In this document: piece by piece, positions 1 to 12,700 of the stretch | How positions within the stretch are numbered: position 1 is the first letter of the stretch | Layout: every line of letters starts with the position of its first letter | Assembly (NCBI RefSeq): GCF_006345805.1 | Contig: NC_043000.1 | Location: forward strand, 93,806,001 to 93,870,000 | Length of the DNA stretch: 64,000 nucleotides | Direction of reading: 5' to 3' | Source of the DNA: Octopus sinensis | Lineage: Eukaryota | Position numbers and translations under genes: made by a program | Notes under the pieces: model-generated | Seen by the model: the letters and a program-made list of their open reading frames with translations, nothing else | Databases searched by the model: none | Told to the model about the DNA's origin: nothing

Positions 1-463
1 ACCGCATAGACTGGCCTCCGTGCTTTGGGGACGTAACAAACACCATCCGATCGTGGCCGTCCGCCAGCCTCATCTGGCACCTGTGTCGGTGGCACATAAA
101 AACACCATCCGAGCGTGGCCGTCTGCCAGCCTCATCTGGCACCTGTGTCGGTGGCACATAAAAACACCATCCGAGCGTGGCCGTCTGCCAGCCTCGTCTG
201 GCACCTGTGTCGGTGGCACATAAAAACACCATCCGAGCGTGGCCGTTCGCCAGCCTCGTCTGGCACCTGTGTCGGTGGCACATAAAATCACCCACTACAC
301 TCTCGGAGTGGTTGGCGTTAGGAAGGGCATCCAGCTGTAGAAACACTGCCAGATCTGACTGGCCTGGTGCAGCCTTCGGGCTCCCCAGACCCCAGTTGAA
401 CCGTCCAACCCATGCTAGCATGGAAAACGGACGCTAAATGATGATGATGATGATGATGATGAT
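1..463 (+). mobile_element. SINE-like repeat (cut by window start) with RTE-type 3' region and (ATG)n tail; carries an internal 62-bp tandem array
   Basis: 3' part GGTTGGCGTTAGGAAGGGCATCCAGCTGTAGAAAC...CCATGCTAGCATGGAAAACGGACGCTAA then (ATG)n at 438-463. A related tail (CATGCAAGCATGGAAAAGTGGACGTTAA) recurs at ~37615-37650. Family assignment is from resemblance only. Confidence 0.65.
39..286 (+). repeat. 62-bp minisatellite, 4 copies
   Basis: CACCATCC recurs at 41, 103, 165 and 227 (period 62); the units are nearly identical. Confidence 0.95.
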
Positions 464-796
464 AAAATTGTTCACATATCTAGAATACAAATAGACACAA
501 CAGTAAATGGCCATAAAATTACGAAATTTTGAGCATGAAGCATCTCTGGTCTCTGGATTTATTATCAGTCAAAAATCAATGCTTAAAAATAAATATCTGT
601 AGAATCAACATGATTTCAATTACATATGGTGCCCCAATATGGTCACAGTTCTCTAGTTGTAGCTAGTAAATGAGTAAAGAGCAATATCATAGAGCACATC
701 ATGGTTTGTTTGTTGGTTTTGTTTTTGTTATTTTTCCAAAAATTACATTTCTTGTTATAAATTATCTATACAAGAGTTTGATTGAATCATAGAAAT

Positions 797-853
797 ATTG
801 ATTGATTGATTCTAGTTTCAGCTTATGAGCTGTGGCCATGCTGGGGCACCGCC
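797..853 (-). mobile_element. Extremely 5'-truncated retroposon tail with (AATC)n end
   Basis: Minus strand GGCGGTGCCCCAGCATGGCCACAGCTCATAAGCTGAAACTAGAATCAATCAATC; homologous to the LINE tail at 7739-7803. Confidence 0.7.
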
Positions 854-3800
854 ATTATGCATAGATTTTTTCTCCCACCCTTCCTCTTCGTTGTACTGAA
901 CTAATTCATTCTAGGTAGTCTTTTTTTTTTTTTCCCTTTTCTTTTCCCTTTAAGAGCAGGGAAAATAAATATCTTCACCATGCCTTTATTTTTTTTTAAT
1001 CCCTTTGTTACAAAATTTTATGCCACAATTTTACTTAAGAACAGATTAGTCAGAGGGTATTTTTTTTTTTTATCAGAAATTTTTAAAGAACGTAAAGAAC
1101 AATTCTTCTCTCTCTCTTTTTTTTTGTCCTAAGATAAGTCTTTTTTGAATAGCTTGTTGAGACTGTGGAACCATCAAATAAAGGGGAAAACAATTTTGAA
1201 AAAAAAAAAAAAAAAGAGAGAGGAAACGTGAAAATGCTGGGTTAGGAGAAGGGTGAAGTAGGAAGAAGAGTGAGAAATGAAGAGAAAGACTTTGTGTGGA
1301 ATGTGAGTAGGAAAGAATTGGGGAGTTCAAAAAAATCCAAAAAAGAAAATAAAATATATTATGTCACAGAAAGGAAAAAAACAAGAGAAAGAGAGATATA
1401 AATAAGCAGAGAGAAAGAGAGAGAAAGAGTGACATGATTAAACAGAGAGAAAGAGAGAGAATCTGAAGAAGCCCATAAGAATATGTAGAATGAATGATGC
1501 TTGACAAATATCCAAGACAAGCACAAGGTTTTCTGAGGAGAGGATTTCTTTTCTTCTGGTTTCAGTGAAGTACCATGGGAACGATTCATGGAGCGACACT
1601 TTGAGCTGAAGAGTAGCAGACCATTATATGTCTAATTTCTGACTTTTAGTGCCTAACTTATAAGTTGCACTCCTCAAGATGGCCTAAAAAAAAAGTTTAA
1701 AAAAAAAAATACACACACAAACACAGATGGCTGGACATAGGCTTAAAGCAAACACAAATAACGATGATAACACATATCTGAAATGCGATGACAAATGAGA
1801 AATAGAACAATATCTGAAAGATCAAAGAATGAAAGACAGAAAGAAAAGTGAAAAGATACACCTACATACAAACATACTTACATATATATATAGATATATA
1901 TACATATATATATCTTTATATTTATCCACAGAAAGATGGTACTCATTTTTTTTCAAAAAAAAAAAAAAAAGGAGAAGTGAAAGTCTTTACTTTTGTATAC
2001 CCTCCTACTTCTGCGGAATCAGCTACAAGTTTATTTAATCTTTGCAATCTGTGTAACGAAACACTAATATATACATACATTACAATTTAAAAAAAAAAAT
2101 ATGGAAAAGAAAATGAGAAAAGATGATCTTTTCACAATCGTCAATAAATGAAAGGATTTCTTGATTCAGAAGCCATTTGAGATTTCCAATGAAACAAACT
2201 TGCTTGGAGGAAGACCGTGGTGGTTTATAAATCTCCGTGCATGAAAGAAAGACAGAAAGAAAGAAATGTGAAAAATGTAAATTTTATCAATGAATATTTT
2301 CCACAATTAGCCATAAAAAAAGAAATACTTATTAATTCTCACTTTTTTAAGACTTGTTTATGAATTACTGTAGACACAGCTTTATTGACGGACATAAAAA
2401 ATAAAAATGAATGCCTCTAAATATTAATGATATTAATATTTCTAAGCTAAAGTATCTGTAGGGATATACGTTTAGTTAATGGACCTGACCCCAGCATATC
2501 CCTGGTAGAAATACTATCAAGCTACATGGGATGAAAGAAATTAGATTGTGAAAACAGAAAATTTAATATTGCATGGCATTTGGTTTAAGTGAATTATTCT
2601 TTCTACCAACTCAACACTAGAAATAAATTCATCACATTAGCAAATAATAATAATAATAATATTAATGATTATAATAATAATAATAATTATAATAATAATA
2701 ATGATAATAATAATAATAATAATAATTTATAATGATAATAATAGTTTAGATCAGCTATGGTCCTTGAAAGAAAACCTATAAACTCCAGATATTGGACAAA
2801 TTAAAGGAAAGAAGATAGTATTTGAATTCCAGAGTCTTGAAGCAAGAAATGAATCTCAATTGGAAATTATCCAGTTTAACTTCCTTTGACAGCGCTAGCT
2901 GATCCATTTTACACAGCTTGATTAGAGCTGACCTGGTGCTCAACAACAACGACGACGACAAGACACAAAATATATAAAGCAAGTTCTTAAATATATCTCT
3001 AAAAAATGAAACATTCCAGATAATTTTGGGATCCTTAATGATGTCAAGCATACATTTTTATACCATTTTTACAATTAAAAATTCAACAGGATTGGTTGTG
3101 GTAAATTCTATACTTGTGGTACCATATGGTACCACTACTTAAGAATCTGCCTTTATAATCAGGCATGATTTCTTTCTCTAATTCACTCTTCAGTCAGTGA
3201 AATACAATCATGAATTAAGTTGTACATAGTACTGCAAGCTAACAAAAACATTTTGTCCCTTTTCTTTTTCCAACCCTCTCCACTGTCTCCTACCTATGCG
3301 TAAACACTTCTGCCCTTTCCTCACTGTCAGACACAGAGCAAGACCCGACACTGTTAGAATCTACCACTCATCATGGTCAATAAACTTACCAAACTCTCTT
3401 ATTAACAAACAAACCCCTTTTCACAACTCCCTCTATGTTCTGTGAGAGTATTTCTTATAATTTACGGCTACATGGACCAGTTTATTTGAGAGTTGACTGT
3501 CTCAGTCATAGGCAAGACATAAAACCAGTGACAGGAAGCAAACCACCAATTTCTTGGCTGTTTGTCCATTACCCAATCAACTCAGCCTACCCTCCTCTCC
3601 AACATGTTTGACATAGCACTAAATTTGGACAAAAACTACACTACTATTACCTACCATGAGCCTATAGGCCATGCATTTCTAATATTTTGTATAACCATTG
3701 AATTTCATTGGTGTACATTTACATTTATGCATATATCTTGGCTTGGACTTTACACAAACTGTAATAAGCCTTGTTTTATCCTATTCCTTGTTATGTGTAT

Positions 3801-4264
3801 AAAACTGTTGTATATTTCTTTTAACCCTTTGCTGTTGTTATTATTATTATTATTATCATATTATTGTTGTAGTTGTTGTTCTTTGATTTATTTCCTGAAT
3901 GGAGTGAGAGTGACAAAGAATGTTTAGATTATGCAAACACTCCGGTTTTCATAAGCCATTTGGGTTTACTCAAAATGCATCTTGTATATTTCATATTTCC
4001 AACAGAAATATATCTATTTACAAAACAGTTTAATCTCTCATTGAACGTCTATTTGAAAATACACCATCAATACTATTCCTGTAAGTTAGAATGGGCAAAA
4101 TAACTGGGCTACTTTTCTTACAACATATCATAATTATGTGAACATGTATGTAAATGTAATCTATTTGGGTTCATCAGGGGCACCTTTAAAGGTGAAAACT
4201 TAACCCCAGGTGGTTATAAAGTAAAGTTGGTCATAGTGGTATTTGATCCCAGAAGTAAGGTAGT

Positions 4265-4520
4265 AAAGGTAAAGTTATCTTCTTGAGTTATACCAACTCA
4301 AAAGGGCCAGTTTCTTGGTTTTATGGTGTATATATTACCCACCTGGATGGGATGCTAGTCTGTCACAGGATTACTCATTTTTGCCAGCTGAGTGGACTGG
4401 AGCAACATGAAATGAAGTGTTTTGCTCAAGAGTACAATGCGTCGTCCGGTCAAGGAATCAAAACAACAATCTTCTAATCATGAGTCCAACACCTTATTCA
4501 CCAAGCTACATGCTTCCACA
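4265..4520 (-). mobile_element. tRNA-derived SINE, family C (V/Deu-like body)
   Basis: Minus strand has a tRNA-like head, then CTTGAGCAAAACACTTCATTTCATGTTGCTCCAGTCCACTCAGCTGGCAAAAATGAGTAA. Further copies at ~34845-35090 (-) and ~61170-61310 (+). Confidence 0.75.
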
Positions 4521-5535
4521 AAGAAGTCATACCAACTCATAAGGGTCAGTTTTCTAGTTTCATGGCGTATACATTCCCTACCACTAAAATACATGCCTCC
4601 ATGATCCCAGAAGTACATGACTAAAGATTGTGAAATTGGATAAGGAACAAGACCAATAACCTTTTCAGGACCTTTGGGGCTGGTGTTAAAGGACCAGAGG
4701 GATATTTTTACTTTAACTGAGGATCTGATCCAAATGCTTATGTCAAAGTGGACTCTAATAAAAGCTTGAAAGGGCCATGTGATGGTGCTTAATTAAGTGA
4801 TGGATTAAGTGTACCACTTACAAAGAGAATCACCCTTTCCTATACACTTCCATATAGCTTCTGTGTACCAGACTTCATTTACAAGGCTTTAGCTGACCCA
4901 GAGACTCTAGCAGTAAACACCATATAGTACCATATAGTAGAATTGGAACCAATTCCATGTAGCTGCAAAGCATATTTCTTAACCTCTACATAAATATGCC
5001 TATACCAAAGGTCTTTTTGTTATCATCTTTGTTATTAATCCTGCAAGTGTTCCCAGCCTAACATGGGAAAATCAAAATAAAGTAAAGACGATGATAACTG
5101 TAACACAAAGAGAAAATATAATGCTAAGGAAGGTTAATTTAAAAATTACAAATTCTTCTATTTCATTAGTAGCTTTCCGACAATCCTGAAATCAAATACT
5201 TTCCGATTAATTTACACTTTTCATTAACACATTTTCTATTTTAATAACCACTGATTTTGTTTCAATTAATTTCGAAAATTATGAAGAATTTAGTAAAATC
5301 ACTTTGTAATTATTAAACCGGTATTTGGAACTCAAATTAACGTGAATTTCTAGCGGATTAGATTACTTTAATACAAGTACCTTGTAATATAGAACCAAGC
5401 ACAGTGTCAGGCACAGACACATACACACACACACACATGTATTATTAAACCACGCATACTCAATGTATGTGTTTTGCTTGTTTGCCAGTACACTGCTGTT
5501 TAGCATGGTGGGGATGACTCTCTCATAATTGAATA

Positions 5536-5572
<37 letters not shown>

Positions 5573-6129
5573 CTCACATATGTCATAGCTAACTTTTTAA
5601 AATCACTTTTTGATGTTTTTTGAAATGTTTTTTTTAACATTATACATTATTCTTCATACAAATTAAAATTTTTTTAGTAAAAACAAGTTGATTTTCAGTA
5701 AAATATACTATACTGTCACAAATAAAAGGAACATCAACTATACTATTTTTTCATACAAAAAGATACACACCTTTTAGTCAAAATTTTCTTCATAAAACAC
5801 AATTGTAACATGCAGGAATAGTGAAAAAAACGTTTCAGAAACTAGTCCAAAAAACAAGTAGTTAGTTAAATTTAAGTCTAAGGCTGTGTGTGCATATGTA
5901 AGTATATATATATATGTGTGTCTATAGACACATAAATACGCATATAAACCTCTATTGGTTTACCAGAAGTGATAAATTATACAACTCAATACATAAGCGT
6001 AGAGTATTATTTAATACATTATAACTGAACGGTTTGTAATTCTAGTAATCTGAGTTACACATTTCTGATCATTCACCTGGTTATCTGAGCCTGCTTTTAC
6101 TTTGAAATATATTTGCTGCTTGGCTAATA

Positions 6130-6143
6130 TGTATATAATATAT

Positions 6144-6180
<37 letters not shown>

Positions 6181-6233
6181 CATATTTATATATTTATATA
6201 TATATTTATATATTTATATATATATATATAATT

Positions 6234-6271
<38 letters not shown>

Positions 6272-6403
6272 TATATAATATATATATATTTATATATATA
6301 TATATATAGATATATATATTATATATATTTATATATATATATATATATATATTATTAATATATATATTTATATAATATATATATATATAATATATATTAT
6401 ATA

Positions 6404-6469
<66 letters not shown>

Positions 6470-6484
6470 ATACATATATATATT

Positions 6485-6515
<31 letters not shown>

Positions 6516-6534
6516 TAATATATATACATATAGA

Positions 6535-6582
<48 letters not shown>

Positions 6583-6642
6583 ATACAGATATATATATTT
6601 TATATATATATACATTATTATATATTTATATATATATATATA

Positions 6643-6673
<31 letters not shown>

Positions 6674-6702
6674 ATATATATATATATATTTATATATATA
6701 TA

Positions 6703-6736
<34 letters not shown>

Positions 6737-6864
6737 TATATTATTATATATATATATATTTATATATATAATATTATATATCTATAATTTATTTATATAT
6801 ATTATATTTATATATATATATTTATTATATATATATATTTATATATATATATTTATTAATATAT

Positions 6865-6935
<71 letters not shown>

Positions 6936-6977
6936 TTATAATATATATATATAATATATATATATAATATATTATAG

Positions 6978-7008
<31 letters not shown>

Positions 7009-7014
7009 ATATAT

Positions 7015-7050
<36 letters not shown>

Positions 7051-7071
7051 ATATATTATTATATATATATA

Positions 7072-7134
<63 letters not shown>

Positions 7135-7139
7135 TTATA

Positions 7140-7188
<49 letters not shown>

Positions 7189-7295
7189 TTATCTATATTA
7201 TATTTATATATATATATAATATATTATATATATATATATATATACACATACATACATATATATATATTATATATATATTATATATATATATAATA
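6130..7295. repeat. Long imperfect (TA)n microsatellite
   Basis: About 1.15 kb almost entirely A/T. Similar tracts at ~7804-8590, 12050-13040, 21620-22230, 25900-26700, 52640-53100 and 62780-63270. Confidence 0.98.
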
Positions 7296-7306
7296 CACAT
7301 AATACT

Positions 7307-7803
7307 ATTGGGAGAGGCTTAGGGAACTCAATTTGTACTCCTTGGAACGAAGACGAGAGAGAGATATGCAGTGAATATACATATGGAAAATCCTGGAGGG
7401 ACTAGCACCAAATTTTGGAATTGAGAGCTGTTCCAATCCCCGTACAGGTCGTCATGTGTGGTGCCAAAGGTCCCGTCTTCCACATCCAGGGTAAGGAGCA
7501 GATACTGTAATAGCCTGGGGTTCAGGGGCCCTCAGCTGTTCAACAAACTGCCAAGAAAACTAAGAGATCTACATGATGCGGATGTGGACATTTTCAAAAA
7601 ACATCTAGACAAGCTGCTTTCCGGGATCCCAGATGAACCCACTGCAAGGTACGAAGGTAACTAAGGGCAGCAGCTACAAACTCTCTCTAGATCAGTGGCC
7701 AGCCACGGCAAACTGGACTTAGAGAGGGTAGCAACAAGGGCGGTGCCCAGCATGGCCTCAGCCGGATGGCTGAAACAAGTAAAAGAGTAAAAGAGTAAAA
7801 GAG
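7307..7803 (+). mobile_element. CR1-group LINE, 5'-truncated 3' end (ORF2 C-terminus, 3' UTR, (GTAAAAGA)n tail)
   Basis: Translates [18 protein letters not shown]/…IWKILEGLAPNF…NSLGFRGPQLFNKLPRKLRD…FKKHLDKLLSGIPDEP…RAAATNSLLDQ with frameshifts, the typical CR1-type ORF2 tail. Ends CAGCATGGCCTCAGCCGGATGGCTGAAACAA(GTAAAAGA)n. Confidence 0.85.
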
Positions 7804-7825
7804 ATATATTTATATAGATTAATAT

Positions 7826-7871
<46 letters not shown>

Positions 7872-8184
7872 ATACATACACATACATATATATATATTTA
7901 GATATATATAGATATATATATACATACATACATTATATATATATATATATTTATATATAATAATACATACATATACATATATAATATTTAATATATATTA
8001 TAATATACACCATACATATATATATATATATATATTATATTATATATATATATATTATATACACATACAATATATCTATAGAGATATATATATATATATA
8101 TACACATACATTATATATATATATATTTTATATATATATATATAATATTATATATATATACATACATATATCTTATATATATAT

Positions 8185-8239
<55 letters not shown>

Positions 8240-8240
8240 C

Positions 8241-8291
<51 letters not shown>

Positions 8292-8871
8292 CATATATTA
8301 TATATAATATATATATATATATATATACATACCTACATACATTATATATAATATATATATTCTATATATTTATACATATATACTATATATAATATATAAT
8401 ATATATTTATATATATAATATATCTATATATATATACCACATACAATTATATATATATATTATATATAATATATATAATATAATATATACACATACATAC
8501 ATACATATATAATAATATATCTATATATATATATATAATATATAATATATATATACACATACATACATATATATATATATATATAATTTTTAAAATTATA
8601 AATTAGAGTATCTACGAGATACCACCATCTTATCCTTATTTATATATATATGTATGTATGTATGTATGTATATATATATATGTATATATATGCATACACA
8701 CACAAATATATGTGTGTGTATATATATATATAGACATACATACATGCATATACATCATACATACACATATATTTGCATATATATGTATGTATGATTTTCA
8801 CTGGTTACTTTGCTCCAAGTCTCAGGTTAAAGTTCTGGAAATATTTCAGGCCTTATTATTATTATTATGAC

Positions 8872-9420
8872 TGAGTGAGAGAGCAGGGCATGCCATCAAA
8901 GTGACACTGGGGTACAATTATATGAAGCCCAATAAACATATTGTGACTACCTGTTTGATAAGTGTACACCAGGCACATGAATCACAGCCATATGTGCGTG
9001 ACATGTTGATTTCATATCAAGATAAACTTCGCATGACCTTGCAGCTGGGGCCCAGTTAGAATTTTCTTCAGGTTGAGTAGCCCAGCCCATCCCACTCAAA
9101 AGGTCTCTGAATAAGAGTTGCTTAAGGATGTTGAACGAAACACCCATGTTTCCAAAGGTGAATTATGCAAACCCCAAAGAATCCCTCTCAACACATGGTT
9201 ATGATACTCTCCGACTACTTCTGCTCATGATCAGAAATGCACATATTGTCAGCCACTAAGGGACATGCTCAACTGGTTACGGTCAAACAACTGACAAGCA
9301 AATCTGTAGTATTGAGCAGAATATTTGCTGTAGCCCATCTTTTATACCAAAGACGTAATGTACATGATAATACTTCAAATCAGTTAAGATTAGAATCCAT
9401 GAGAGCCACTGCCTGGTACT
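8872..9420 (-). mobile_element. ~555-bp non-coding interspersed element (family D) embedded in (TTA)n
   Basis: Reverse complement of the units at 44972-47287; flanked on both sides by TTA repeats; lacks ~12 nt of the ATGCCC end. Confidence 0.85.
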
Positions 9421-9939
9421 ATTGTTATTATTATTATTATTATTATATTATCATTACTATTATTATTATTATTATCTCTTTATGCAATGAATGCATTTTT
9501 CATTAAGCTTGTATGCGTACATTTGACCACAAAGATATTCGCACACGCACAGACTTTCACAGATGCATGCATATATCTGTGTGTATGTGTGTGAGTCGTT
9601 ATATGCATATATGTATGCATTTTATTTTCTCTTCTTAAATTATTTCAGTTTTTTCTTCCTATAAAAATTAGCTGGTTTCTAACAAAAGAAAAAACTCCAA
9701 AAACATCCAATCCTGAATTTAGATAAGTGCAAGGCATGTACCCCAGAAAAAAAATCTTGCATATAGTAACTATTCCACTTATAGATAGTATTTGTAAAAT
9801 CCATGTTAGATGATTTCTTTCTTTGCCTGAAAATCTCTTTTTTTTTTGCTAGGGATTACTCTATACATATGTGTGTATGTGTGTGCGTACATGTGTGTAT
9901 GTGTGTGGTGTGTGTGCATGCGCATGTGTGTTTGTGGTC

Positions 9940-10339
9940 AGGCGGCGAGCTGGCGGAAACACTAGCCCGCCAGCTGAAATGCTTAGCGGTATTTCGTCTG
10001 CCGTTACGTTCTGAGTTCAAATTCCGCCGAGGTCAATTTTGCCTTTCATCCTTTCAGGGTCGATTAAATAAATACCAGTTATGCACTGGGGTCAATATTA
10101 TCGACTTAATCTGTTTGTCTGTCCTTGTTTGTCCTCACTGTGTTTAGCTCCTTGTGAGTTGTAAAGAAATAGGTATTTCGTCAGCTGTTACATTCTGAGT
10201 TCAAATTCTGCCGAAGTCAGCTTTGCCTTTCATCCTGTCAGGGTCAATAAATTAAGTACCAGTTACGCATTGGGATCAATGTAATTGACTTAATCCCTTT
10301 GTCTGTTCTTGTTTGTCCCCTCTGTGTTTAATAAAGAAA
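9940..10339 (+). mobile_element. tRNA-derived SINE, family B (OR-like), with duplicated body
   Basis: Head GGCGGCGAGCTGGCGGAAAC (A-box-like), B-box GAGTTCAAATTCC, core GCCTTTCATCCTTTCAGGGTCGATTAAATAAATACCAG. The body repeats after AAAGAAATAGGTATTTCG. Similar dimers at ~30680-31035 (-), 33480-33895 (-) and 38045-38470 (+). Confidence 0.85.
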
Positions 10340-10880
10340 ATATGTGTATGTATGTCTATATAACAAAATGGCACCTGAAGATTAGAGGAGAATATAGCTA
10401 AAGAAATTTAAATGTAGATGGAAAACACGTATATATACACACACACACACAAAAAAATCTGCCGAGATTAATACTTTGAAAAAGTTAATTATTGCTTTAT
10501 ATTTCTCTCGTGACAAGATTCACTTTAAAAAATGCAGACTTGTTGTGTAACAATAATAACATTAACCAATTAGAGAAAAACATTTGAAAGAAAAATCAAA
10601 CTCTTTTAATTAGATCATCAAAATCTAAATTTTTCTTATTTTGATTTTGTTTTATTTGTTTATTGTTGTTGTTTTTATTGTTGTCTGATCTGATAAATTA
10701 ATTTAATTAATTTCTTGTTTTCGTTTAGATGTTGTTTCCTTCTTTCTCTTTATTATTATTATTATTTATTTGTCGTTGTCGTTAATTTATCTATGTATTT
10801 GTAATTATTTCAATATCATTATTTTACTTTATTTAATTGTTTGTTCGTCTATTCATTTATTTATTTATTTATTTATTTAC

Positions 10881-10903
10881 TTTTTTTGTTTTCATCAGTT
10901 CAG
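10881..10903 (+). promoter_or_regulatory. 3' splice acceptor of the mef2 last exon (two CAGs, ending 10898 and 10903)
   Basis: T-rich tract 10881-10892 followed by CATCAG TT CAG; the reading frame becomes MEF2-like immediately after. Confidence 0.75.
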
Positions 10904-11172
10904 GTTCGATGACAAACAACAACTCTGCTTTGGCACTAAACATACTCAACCCAGGTTTAACCATGCATATCAAGAGCGAACCAATATCACCTCCACGTGA
11001 AAGCAACACCCCATCAAGCCAACAACTTCGACCTACTTCAGTGAACAACCAAGGTCACATATCGCCAGGCCACATATCACATAGCAATAGTTCGTCACCG
11101 AGCAGCACCCAGGAATATGAGCAAGGACCCACTGGTTCAAAACGATCTCGAATAGATGGCTGGGCAACATAG
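10904..11172 (+). CDS. mef2: Myocyte enhancer factor 2 (MEF2), last coding exon; upstream exons are not visible in the window
   Basis: Polypyrimidine tract TTTTTTTGTTTTCATCAGTTCAG, then GSMTNNNSALALNILNPGLTMHIKSEPISPPRESNTPSSQQLRPTSVNNQGHISPGHISHSNSSSPSSTQEYEQGPTGSKRSRIDGWAT*. IKSEPxSPPR and the terminal KRxR..GWAT match the MEF2 C-terminus (human MEF2C IKSEPVSPPR…KRMRLSEGWAT). TAG at 11170-11172. The exon could instead start at 10899 (other AG). Confidence 0.9.
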
Positions 11173-11697
11173 CCTGCTCTCGAGGGTTCCTGTTATGCTT
11201 GCTGGTTCGTTTGTGTTTTCTAAAAGGAGTACGTACACCTGCCTGCTCGCCTGCCTGCCTACCTGCCTGCCTACCAGAGTAGGATGCGGTGGGGTGGGGC
11301 AGGGGGTCACTGAACTGCCACGGTTACTGATGGTGCCTTTTTTTTGGGAGGGAAAAGTGTAAAGAGTCGGGTAACTGCTGCTGTTTTTTTTTTTTGGTGT
11401 CCCATGTATTAAAAAAAAAAAGCAAAATTAACAAGAAAAATAGTTTAAAAGAAAAAACTAAACAAAAAAAATAAATTGATAACAACTGAACTAACTAATA
11501 ATAAATACCACAATAAATAAATAAAAGAGACAGTTTAATAATAATAATATTAATAATAACAATAATGATAATATTAATAATAATAATTGCAGGAATATTT
11601 TGCAAGGAGTGATGGTTTTTTTTGTTTCCCAAGACATGTATTCCAGTACTAGGCCAATTGCACAGTTGTACTATGTATAATTCTTGTTGCCTTTTGC

Positions 11698-11765
<68 letters not shown>

Positions 11766-12700
11766 AATAATGTTGCCTTGGTGTCAATATTTTTGACATT
11801 GTATCCAAGACATTTGTTTTTAGCCATTTTCAGGCTCTTGTAGCTTTTGGAGAATAGAAGCAAAAACCACTATCAGCAATTTCTAAACACAGTCTTTTTA
11901 CTATTTTAACTTTCTTTCCAAACTCACCACCCTCAGTCTGTTCTTTATATGTATGTGAGAACATTGCTTTGGAGACACAAGGCTTGTTGTAAAAACCTAC
12001 TTAGACCCATGTCTCGAAAGCAAGAAAACTATTAGTAGCTCATATCTTTATACTGTGTATATTATATATATATATATAATAAATATATGTATATATATTA
12101 TATATATGTATATATAATAAATATATGTATATATATTTATATATATAAAATATGTATATGTATGTATATATGCATGTGTGTGTATATATGTCGATATGTG
12201 TGTGTGTGTATATGTATGTATATATGTGTGTGTGTATAGATAGCTATATTATTATTTATATATGTGTGTATATGAATATACACACACATATATAAATATA
12301 TATATATACACACATATACATATAAATATATGCATGTGTGTATATGTTTTCATATATATATATATATACATGTACACACACACATATATATGTGTGTGTG
12401 TGTGATGTCTGTTGCTAGAGAATGCACCAAGCATTGAAGAGAGGCACAATGCACAAGCAAGCACAGCGCCACACCAGCAACATGTTGGCACACATTTCTC
12501 CACCACCCACACAGCCAAAAAAAAGAAAGAAAGTTAAAAGTTATGAAGAAGACAACAAAGTTTCCTGCCAGCTTTACTCATTAGGAATTTTTATTTCATT
12601 GTTTTATTTATTACTCATTTTTAATTACATATTTCCATCATTAACAGTTTTCTTTTAAAACAAACATAGTATTATAGTATTTATTTTTTTTTTCATATAT
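11173..12700 (+). other. mef2: mef2 proximal 3' UTR (extent uncertain)
   Basis: Unique, SINE-free sequence directly after the stop codon; clustered AATAAA at ~11508-11525. Confidence 0.6.

Noticed and set aside
20-437. Regular GC-rich repeat and overlapping ORFs that could be mistaken for a CRISPR array or a repeat protein
   Set aside because: The 62-bp units are contiguous with no unique spacers, there are no cas genes and the context is eukaryotic; the ORFs are by-products of the repeat.
583-592. TTAAAAATAA matching the MEF2 binding consensus YTA(W)4TAR
   Set aside because: The motif is very frequent by chance in DNA this AT-rich.
2776-3051. 91-aa minus-strand ORF
   Set aside because: No recognisable domain or splice context.
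4160-4195. Minus-strand CCCCTGATGAACCC next to a CACCTTTAAAGGTG palindrome
   Set aside because: No stem II partner, GAAA or cleavage triplet follows, so it is not a hammerhead.
1-10880. Search for upstream mef2 exons (MADS box, MEF2 domain, KPDLRVVIP-like region)
   Set aside because: No MEF2-like translation flanked by splice sites was found; these exons are probably upstream of the window.
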